Below, piece after piece: positions 30,086 to 37,273 of a stretch of DNA of 64,000 nt. How positions within the stretch are numbered: the first letter of the stretch is position 1; each line of letters starts with the position of its first letter. Source of the DNA: an uncultured delta proteobacterium (lineage in GTDB: Bacteria; Myxococcota_A; Polyangia; Polyangiales; Polyangiaceae); contig CAWAIF010000003.1 in the NCBI GenBank assembly GCA_963782055.1, positions 3,456,001 through 3,520,000 of the forward strand, written 5' to 3'. Position numbers and translations under genes: made by a program. A model generated the notes under the pieces. The model saw only the letters and a list, made by a program, of their open reading frames with translations, made no database searches and was not told the DNA's origin.

Positions 30086-33007
30086 ATGAGCGCGCAGGTC
30101 GCCACCGTCCTGGGGCGCGTGGGCCGCGCCGAGAGGGTGCTGCTGCAGGATGGCCGCGAGGCCTGGGTGCTCGACGCCGCCGACGCCTCGCTCGCGCGCC
30201 GGCTGGCGCGTCTGGGGCGGCGCCGCCTGGGAGGCTTCACCGCCGCGCGCGGGCTGCTCCCTTCGCGGGGCGACGCGCCGGTGCTCGTGCGCGCGCAGGG
30301 TCGGACCGTCGACGCGCTGGTCCGGGGGGAGCGCTTGCCCTGGCGCGAGGTGCTGGCGTGTGTCCGCGATCTGGCCAGCGCCCTCGCCGAGTGCGAGCGG
30401 CGCGGCTGGTTCCCCGGCCCGCTGGGCCCGGGCCAGCTCGGGCTGGAGCCGGAGGCGCACGTGCGGGCTGATGCGCTGGTGGGCGCGTGGCTGGGGGAGG
30501 GGACGAAGGACAGGCCGCACTCCCTCCCGTCGCCGCGCTGGACGCCGCCGGAGCAGAGCGAGGGGGCGCCCTGGGACGGCGCCGCCAACCGCTACGTGCT
30601 CGGCCTGCTGGCCTACCGGCTGATCGCCGGCGCGATGCCCTTCGCCGGGGAGAGCCTGCGCGACGACCTCGGTGAACGCAGCGAGGCAGGGGCGCCGCCC
30701 TTCGACGAGGCGATCGCCCGGGAGCTGGAGCCGGGTGTGCAGAGCCTGGTGCTCTCCATGCTCGCGCCTCGCGCGCAGGACCGACCGGCGAACGCCGCGG
30801 CGATCGTCGCGGCCTGCGCGGCGCTGCTCTCCCCGCCACGCGCCGGCGTGGCCAGTGCAACCGTCGCCGGGGCCGCCCCGGCCGCGCCCGCCGCCCAGCG
30901 GGAGGTGGCGTCGGATCGCAAGCGTGCTGGCAATCCGCCGGGGCCCGCGGCCGCGCGGCTGGGTCTCCCGCAGCTCGGCCGCCGTGGGGTCTGGTCGGTC
31001 GCGGCGGGGCTGCTCATCGCCGCCGGCGCCCTCGCCGCCCCCGGCCCGCGGACGACGCCGCGCCGCACGCCCAGGGCAGCCCCCCTGCGCGACACCGGGG
31101 TCTCGGCGTGCGCGTCGTGCCACCCGAGCGAGGTGGCGCAGTGGAAGCGCTCGGTGATGGCGCACGCATCGAAGAGCCCGCTGTTCGGCGCGCTGGAGAG
31201 CGCGGTGGAGGAGCAGGTCGGGCGCAGCTTCACCTGCCCCAACGGCGCGGGCGTCCTGCGGCGGCCCGCGACGGACGCGTGCCGCGACGAGCGCACCGGG
31301 CTGGTGGTGACCGGCACCGGCGGCGAGGGCTGGTGCATCAACTGCCACGCCCCGGGGGAGAACCTGCGCGCGAGCGCGCCGGCGTGGAGCGCGGTGCGCC
31401 AGGACGGCTCGCGCGAGCCGCTGGTCGACCTGCTGGCGCGGCCCTCGCTGGAGGGCATCTCGTGCGCGGTCTGCCACCAGACGGTGGGGCCGGTGGGCGA
31501 GCACGGCCGGCACACCGGCGCCTACGAGGGCAACCCCACCTGGACGAGTCCCTTGACGGGTCAAGTGTTTGCCTCCCGGCCGGAGGACCTCGCGGGCACG
31601 CCGGGGATCGCCAACAGCGGCTACGATCTGGAGGCGGGCCTGCTGCTCGACCGCGCGCGCCCCGGCGACCCGACGCCGCACGGCCACGCCGACGCGGCGG
31701 CGGAGAGCTACCTGCGCTCGAGCGAGTTCTGCGGCGCGTGCCACGACGTGCGCCTCTTCGGCACCGACGCGGTGGGGGTGGTGCAGCGCGGCGAGCACTT
31801 CAAGCGGCTGCGCAACGCGTATTCGGAGTGGCGGACGTGGGCGGACGGGGAGCGGCGCGCGGGGCGAAAGCCGGCGACGTGCCAGGGGTGTCACATGAGC
31901 CGCTACCCCGGCGTGTGCGTGCCCGCCCCCGGCGCGGCCGGCGACGCCGACTGCCCCTCCGGGACGCGCTTCGAGGCGCGCGCGCCAGGCGCGGGCGGCA
32001 CCACGCACTACTTCACCAGCGTCGACGTGCCCCTCACCACGTCGTACCCGGACGTCTTCGCCGACGACGCGGCCCTGGACGGCGCCGGCACGCCGGTGGG
32101 GCTGCGCGCGCGGCGCGACATGATGCTGCGCCACACCTTCCGCTTCTCCATCGACGGCGCGAGGCGCGCGGGCGGCACGCTGCAGATCCCCGTGGTCGTA
32201 CAGAACGTGGGCGCCGGCCACCGCGTGCCGGCCGGCTTCAGCCAGGAGCGAGAGATCTGGGTGGAGATGCGCGTGAGCGACGCGCGCGGGCAGACGGTCT
32301 ACGAGGTGGGGCACCTGGCTTCGCCGAGCGCGGACCTGGGGGACAAGCGCTTCCTGCGGGTGACCACCCGCGACGGGCTGGAGGACGGCCTGGGGCGGCC
32401 GCAGGGCGTGTTCGGCGCCGACGTCGCCGACGGCTCGGACGTCCCGCGATGGTCGCCGCCGCCGTCGCTCGGCGGCACCTTCTTCCGCGGCTCCGGGCTC
32501 ATCAACTTCCAGAACGGCTTCTTGCGGTGCGTGCGCTGCATCGGCGTGATCGACGACGCCGGGGAGTGTCAGCCGGGACCGGGGCAGGGCTTCACGCGCG
32601 CCGACCGCTTCGACGACGGCGGCTACGACATCGACACCGGCGAGTGCCGCTCCAACCTCTCCGGCGGGCACGAGCTCTTCGAGACGTACTTCCCGGTGGG
32701 ATCACTGGACGCCGAGCGCGGCGTGGCGAAGGCGCCCGACGCCATCATCGACACGCGCTCCGCGCCCCCGGGCGTGCCCATCACCTACACCTACGAGCTG
32801 CCCGCCGGTGGGCACCCCGCGCCCTTCCACGTGCGCGCCACGCTCCACTTCCGGTCCTTCCCGCCGTACCTGGTGCGGGCGTTCGCGGACTACGAGGCGC
32901 GGCAGGCGGCGCGGGGACTGCGGCCGAGCGGCCCGCAGGTGACAGAGGACATGCTGCGCCGGCTGGACGTGCTCGACCTGGCGACGGCCGAGGCGGAGCT
33001 GAAATGA
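30086..33007 (+). CDS. Degenerate kinase-like domain - TM - five-heme cytochrome c fusion
   Basis: The N-terminus keeps kinase C-lobe traces (WTPPEQ...WDGAANRYVLGLLAYRLIAGAMPF...MLAPRAQDRP) but no HRD or DFG. TM VWSVAAGLLIAAGALA. CxxCH motifs CASCH, CINCH, CAVCH, CGACH, CQGCH, then a GHRVPAG-containing beta-rich C-terminal domain. Confidence 0.85.
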   Translation: MSAQVATVLGRVGRAERVLLQDGREAWVLDAADASLARRLARLGRRRLGGFTAARGLLPSRGDAPVLVRAQGRTVDALVRGERLPWREVLACVRDLASALAECERRGWFPGPLGPGQLGLEPEAHVRADALVGAWLGEGTKDRPHSLPSPRWTPPEQSEGAPWDGAANRYVLGLLAYRLIAGAMPFAGESLRDDLGERSEAGAPPFDEAIARELEPGVQSLVLSMLAPRAQDRPANAAAIVAACAALLSPPRAGVASATVAGAAPAAPAAQREVASDRKRAGNPPGPAAARLGLPQLGRRGVWSVAAGLLIAAGALAAPGPRTTPRRTPRAAPLRDTGVSACASCHPSEVAQWKRSVMAHASKSPLFGALESAVEEQVGRSFTCPNGAGVLRRPATDACRDERTGLVVTGTGGEGWCINCHAPGENLRASAPAWSAVRQDGSREPLVDLLARPSLEGISCAVCHQTVGPVGEHGRHTGAYEGNPTWTSPLTGQVFASRPEDLAGTPGIANSGYDLEAGLLLDRARPGDPTPHGHADAAAESYLRSSEFCGACHDVRLFGTDAVGVVQRGEHFKRLRNAYSEWRTWADGERRAGRKPATCQGCHMSRYPGVCVPAPGAAGDADCPSGTRFEARAPGAGGTTHYFTSVDVPLTTSYPDVFADDAALDGAGTPVGLRARRDMMLRHTFRFSIDGARRAGGTLQIPVVVQNVGAGHRVPAGFSQEREIWVEMRVSDARGQTVYEVGHLASPSADLGDKRFLRVTTRDGLEDGLGRPQGVFGADVADGSDVPRWSPPPSLGGTFFRGSGLINFQNGFLRCVRCIGVIDDAGECQPGPGQGFTRADRFDDGGYDIDTGECRSNLSGGHELFETYFPVGSLDAERGVAKAPDAIIDTRSAPPGVPITYTYELPAGGHPAPFHVRATLHFRSFPPYLVRAFADYEARQAARGLRPSGPQVTEDMLRRLDVLDLATAEAELK
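30909..30940. repeat. Palindrome family copy inside a coding linker
   Basis: cgtcggatcgcaagcg|tgctggcaatccgccg; the right arm is the exact reverse complement (16/16) of 54415-54430. Confidence 0.7.
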
Positions 33008-35178
33008 GCGGGTGGGGCGCGCACGTCTTCGAACACCCGCTGCTGCGCGGCCTGGACGCCCGCGCGCGGGGGGAGATCGAGCTGGCGGGCGCGGTGCGCG
33101 AGCTCGCCGCGGGGGCGAGGCTCTTCGGCGCGGGCGACCCGGCCGACGCCCTCTTCGTGGTCGACCGCGGCACCTTCTCGCTGCGCGCGCGGCGCCGGGG
33201 CGAGGAGGTGCCGGAGGAGATCCGGCGGGCGGGGGCGGGCGACGCGCTGGGCGAGGACGCCGTCGCGCGGTCCTTCGGCGCGCGGAGGGCGGAGGCCACC
33301 TGTCTCGAGGCCGGCGCGGTGTGGGTCATCCCGGCGCCCATCCTGCGGCGCGCGCTGGAGCGTCTCGGCCGCGACGAGGCCGCGCTGCGGCGCGAGCGCA
33401 TCGCGCGGAGGGCGGCGCTGGGCGACGTGCTGCGCACCGTGGCGTTCGCGCGGGACCTGCCGGCGGCGGACCTGGAGGCGCTGCTCGACGTCGCCGAGTC
33501 GCGGGAGCTGCGGCGGGGAGAGGTGCTCTGGCGCGAGGGAGAGCGCGCGAACGCCGTCGCCTTCGTCGCCGACGGCTCGGTGCAGCTCCAGCGGGAGGAG
33601 GGCGAGCGGGTGCGGGTGGTGGCGTACCTCGGCGCGGGGGACATGCTGGGGGACGAGGACGCGCTCGCCGGGACGGCGCGCTCGCTGGCGGCGGTGGCCG
33701 CGGGCGAGGCGTGGGTCGTCCAGGTGCCGGCGCGGGCCTTCGCACCCGTCGCCGCGCGGCACCCGGAGGTGGCGGAGCGCGCGCGGCGCGTGCGCAAGGA
33801 CGCGATGGACGTGCAGCGGCAGCTCTCCGCCCGCGCGACGCGGCACGTGCTGGGCGATCTCCACCGCTTCGAGACCGCGCGCTCGCTGCTGGTGATCGAT
33901 CAGGAGGCCTGCGTGCGCTGCGGGCACTGCTCCGCCGCGTGCGGCGCGGCGCACGGGGACGGCATCTCCCGCCTGCTGCGGCAGGGCGACACGGTGCGTA
34001 CCCACGTGTCCGGCGCGCCGGTGACCCTGCTCCTGCCGAGCAGCTGCCAGCATTGCCAGCACCCGGCGTGCATGATCGATTGCCCGACGGGGGCGATCGG
34101 GCGCGACGAGCAGGGCGACGTCTTCATCCGCGAGGACCTCTGCACCGGGTGCGGGAGCTGCGCGAAGGCGTGCCCGTGGGAGAACATCGCGATGGCGCCC
34201 CTCGGGGTCGAGGGCGCGCAGGTGGCGGTCAAGTGCGACCTCTGCGCAGGGATGGAGGGCGGGCCGGCGTGCGTCGCGTCGTGCCCGACGCAGGCCATCG
34301 CGCGCATCGAGCCGCAGCGCACGCTGGACGACGTGCGCGCCGCGCTGGGCGACGAGCGCGCGCCGGTGCCGCTGCCCGCGCGCGCCGCGGCGTGGCCTCA
34401 CGTGGCCGCGGCGGCGGTGGCGGCGCTAAGCGTCGGGTGGGCGGGCCGCGCCTGGCCGAAGACGCTGACGGGTCTGCTCGCGCTGGCGTGCGTCGTCGCG
34501 CTCGTCGCCTACGCCGTGCTCAAGCGGCGCGGTGGCCGCGCGGCCGCCCCGGCGCCTCGCGCGTCGCGGGTACGCGCCCACTTCATCGCGCACCTCGCGC
34601 TCGGCGCGCTCTGCCTCGGGTTCGTCGCCGCGCACGCGGGGATGCGCTATCGGGCCGACCTGGCCGGTGCGCTGGCGATCGCCTTCTGGACGACCGGCTC
34701 GCTGGGCGTCCTGGCGGCCGCCGCGTACGCCCTGGCTCCCCGCGTGCTGGCCCGGCTGGAGCGCTTCGTGCGGATGCCGGAGGATCTCGCGGACCACGCC
34801 CGCGACCTGGACGCGCGCGTGTTCCGCGGCCTCACCGGCCGGAGCGACGCGGTGAAGGTGATCTACGCCCGGGTGCTGGTGCCGTACCGCAAGGGGCCGG
34901 CGAGCGCGTTGCGCCTGCTCTGCGGCGCGCGGCTGGGTGACGAGGAGCGCAGGCTGCGCGCGCGCATCGACGGGATGCTGGGCGCGGACAGGACGGGAGG
35001 CGAACGGCTCGCCGGGCTGGAAGAGCTGATCCGCCTGGTCGTGGAGCAGCGGGCCCTGCCGCTGGTGCGCTGGCTGAACCGCGCGCTGCGCGGTCTCTCC
35101 GGCGCGCACGCCGCGCTCACGGTGGCGACGGTGATCCTGCTCGCCGCGCACGTCCTCGTCGCCCTGAGGTACCGGTGA
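33004..35178 (+). CDS. 2x cNMP-binding + four-cluster [4Fe-4S] ferredoxin + membrane domain (putative di-heme b)
   Basis: ATG at 33004 overlaps the upstream TGA. Two CAP-like domains (LFGAGDPADALFVVDRG...GDALGE; LWREGERANAVAFVADG...GDMLGDE). Cys motifs CVRCGHCSAAC, CQHCQHPACMIDCP, CTGCGSCAKACP, KCDLC..PACVASCP. TM helices with two H-X13-H pairs. Confidence 0.88.
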   Translation: MSGWGAHVFEHPLLRGLDARARGEIELAGAVRELAAGARLFGAGDPADALFVVDRGTFSLRARRRGEEVPEEIRRAGAGDALGEDAVARSFGARRAEATCLEAGAVWVIPAPILRRALERLGRDEAALRRERIARRAALGDVLRTVAFARDLPAADLEALLDVAESRELRRGEVLWREGERANAVAFVADGSVQLQREEGERVRVVAYLGAGDMLGDEDALAGTARSLAAVAAGEAWVVQVPARAFAPVAARHPEVAERARRVRKDAMDVQRQLSARATRHVLGDLHRFETARSLLVIDQEACVRCGHCSAACGAAHGDGISRLLRQGDTVRTHVSGAPVTLLLPSSCQHCQHPACMIDCPTGAIGRDEQGDVFIREDLCTGCGSCAKACPWENIAMAPLGVEGAQVAVKCDLCAGMEGGPACVASCPTQAIARIEPQRTLDDVRAALGDERAPVPLPARAAAWPHVAAAAVAALSVGWAGRAWPKTLTGLLALACVVALVAYAVLKRRGGRAAAPAPRASRVRAHFIAHLALGALCLGFVAAHAGMRYRADLAGALAIAFWTTGSLGVLAAAAYALAPRVLARLERFVRMPEDLADHARDLDARVFRGLTGRSDAVKVIYARVLVPYRKGPASALRLLCGARLGDEERRLRARIDGMLGADRTGGERLAGLEELIRLVVEQRALPLVRWLNRALRGLSGAHAALTVATVILLAAHVLVALRYR

Positions 35179-37265
35179 GCGCGCCGCGCCGGAGGTCCGC
35201 GCGGCAGGCGGTGCGCACGAGCGACGCCACCCGCGCGCGCGACGTGCTGGTGGCGGGGGTGGCGGGCGCGGCCGGGCTCACCGCCGCGGCGCTCGGCCTT
35301 CGAGGGCCGACCGGCGCGGCCTCCCCCGGAGCGCTCAGCGGACCGCACGCCACGGCGAAGCTGGCGTGCGCGGCGTGCCATCACGACGGCCAGTCCGCGG
35401 CGGCGAGCTGCGCCGGGTGCCACGGCAAGGAGGCGCACGCCTCCACCCGCGCCGCGCACCGGGCGCTCGCCGCGAGCGGGCAGCTCCGGTGCACGACGTG
35501 CCACCCCGCGCATGGCGACGCGCAGACGGTCGCGCTGCACGAGGACGGCACCTTCGTGCGGACCGGTGGCGGGGCGGCGGCGACGGGTCAGCTCTCCGGA
35601 GGGGCGCCTCGGGCGACCGTGCCGCTGGTGACCGTGGAGGCGTGCCGCGGCTGCCACAATCCCTCCTCGCCGACCGACCCCGCGGCCCGCTGCATCGCCG
35701 CCGGCGACCCGCACGACGCGCACGCCCTTTTGCTGTGCATGGACGAGCACCAGCGCGCCGACGCCGAGACCGCCAGGCGCCCCACCGCGTCCGGTCACGC
35801 GAGCGTGTGCGCGCGCCAGCACGGACCGGCGCGCTTCGCCGCGTGGGACGCGGCGAAGGAGGCGGCCGCGAAGTCCGGATGGGTGGAGGCGCCACGCGCG
35901 CGCACCGGTCCGGTCGCGTGGACGGGCGCCGGCGTGCTCGGCTCGGTGGGGGCGCTGGCCGGCCTGCGCCTCTTCGGGCGGCGTGGTCGCGGCGCGCCAG
36001 GCGGACCGCTCCCCGGATCGGGAGGTGGCGCGCGCAAGCTGCCCGTCATCGACACCTCCACGTGCCTGGGGTGCTACGCGTGCGTCGACGCGTGTCCCTT
36101 CGACGTGCTGGAGGTGCGGCGCTTCGTCGCCGTCGTCGCGCGTCCGGACGACTGCTGCGGGGTCGTGCTCTGCGAGCAGGCGTGCCCGAACGGTTCGCTC
36201 GGGATCGGCGACGCGCAGCAGGAAGACGAGGCCGTGGAGCCCTGGGTGAGCGCGTCGCAGGAGTCGGCGGAGGTGCCCGGCCTCTACGTGGCGGGCGATC
36301 TCACCGGCCTGCCGCTCATCAAGAACGCCATCGCCCAGGGCTCGCGGGCGATCGACGCCATCGGCGCTTCGCTCAAGGGCAAGCGCAAGCACGGCTGCGA
36401 TCTGGACGTCGTCGTGGTGGGGGCCGGGCCCGCGGGGCTGGCCGCGTCGCTCCGCGCGAAGGAGCTCGGCCTGAAGTACCTGACGCTGGAGCAGCACACC
36501 TTCGCCGCGAGCATCCAGAGCTTCCCGCGCAACAAGCTGGTCTACGACGCCCCGCTGCAGGTCCCGGTGGAGGGGGAGCTCTGGCTGGAGCAGAGCACCA
36601 AGGAGCAGCTCCTCGCCGCCTGGACGCGCGTGGTGCGCAAGCACGCGCTGCGACTGCGGGAGCACCAGCGCGTGGTGGGCATCGAGCGCGATCCGGGGGA
36701 GGCCGGCGGCTTCCGCATCACCGCCAAAGGAGAAGGGGAGAGCGCGACGCGGTCATGGACCGCCGCGCGGGTGCTGGTGGCGATCGGCAAGCGAGGGACC
36801 CCCCGCCGCCTGGAGGCACCCATCGACGCCGACGCGGAGGCCAAGGTGAGCTACTCCCTCGCCGACGCCCGGTCCTTCGCCGGAGCGCGGGTGGTGGTGG
36901 TGGGGCTCGGCGACGCCGCCATGGAGGCGGCCGTGGCGCTCTCGCGCCAGCCGGGCACCGAGGTGACGGTCGTCCACCGCGGTGCCGGCTTCCAGCGCGG
37001 CAAGGCGCGCAACATCGAGGAGCTGCAGGGCCTCGTCGGGCGCGGCAAGGTGCGCCTGCTCTTCGACGCGCAGGTGGTGAGGGTGCGTCGCGCCTCGGTC
37101 GGCATCCGCCAGGCCGGGAAGGAGCGGGAAGCGCCAAACGACGTCATCCTCGCCCTCATCGGCGGGGTACCTAGCTGGGAGCTGCTGCGCGGGGCAGGGG
37201 TCATGGGGGGGCCACACGGGGAGCGGGGTCGAACCGGGCAGATCCTTTCGGATGCCGGGCCGTAA
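35175..37265 (+). CDS. TM - four-heme cytochrome c - TM - 2x[4Fe-4S] - FAD/NADPH oxidoreductase (thioredoxin-reductase-like fold) fusion
   Basis: CAACH, CAGCH, CTTCH, CRGCH; CLGCYACVDACP and CCGVVLCEQACP; PGLYVAGD, VVVVGAGPAG, AIGKRGTPR, VVGLGDAA, VHR. Confidence 0.88.
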   Translation: MSAPRRRSARQAVRTSDATRARDVLVAGVAGAAGLTAAALGLRGPTGAASPGALSGPHATAKLACAACHHDGQSAAASCAGCHGKEAHASTRAAHRALAASGQLRCTTCHPAHGDAQTVALHEDGTFVRTGGGAAATGQLSGGAPRATVPLVTVEACRGCHNPSSPTDPAARCIAAGDPHDAHALLLCMDEHQRADAETARRPTASGHASVCARQHGPARFAAWDAAKEAAAKSGWVEAPRARTGPVAWTGAGVLGSVGALAGLRLFGRRGRGAPGGPLPGSGGGARKLPVIDTSTCLGCYACVDACPFDVLEVRRFVAVVARPDDCCGVVLCEQACPNGSLGIGDAQQEDEAVEPWVSASQESAEVPGLYVAGDLTGLPLIKNAIAQGSRAIDAIGASLKGKRKHGCDLDVVVVGAGPAGLAASLRAKELGLKYLTLEQHTFAASIQSFPRNKLVYDAPLQVPVEGELWLEQSTKEQLLAAWTRVVRKHALRLREHQRVVGIERDPGEAGGFRITAKGEGESATRSWTAARVLVAIGKRGTPRRLEAPIDADAEAKVSYSLADARSFAGARVVVVGLGDAAMEAAVALSRQPGTEVTVVHRGAGFQRGKARNIEELQGLVGRGKVRLLFDAQVVRVRRASVGIRQAGKEREAPNDVILALIGGVPSWELLRGAGVMGGPHGERGRTGQILSDAGP

Positions 37266-37273
37266 CAAGGCCC

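Noticed and set aside
31108..33003. N-terminal ~630 aa of the 1356-aa ORF, implying a bigger fusion
   Set aside because: It overlaps the cytochrome gene in another frame and is low-complexity. The real start is ATG 33004, overlapping the upstream stop.
33900..35178. Standard DmsB/NrfC-NrfD respiratory module
   Set aside because: No catalytic molybdopterin or NrfA subunit is nearby, the ferredoxin is fused to cNMP domains, and the membrane part is shorter than NrfD.
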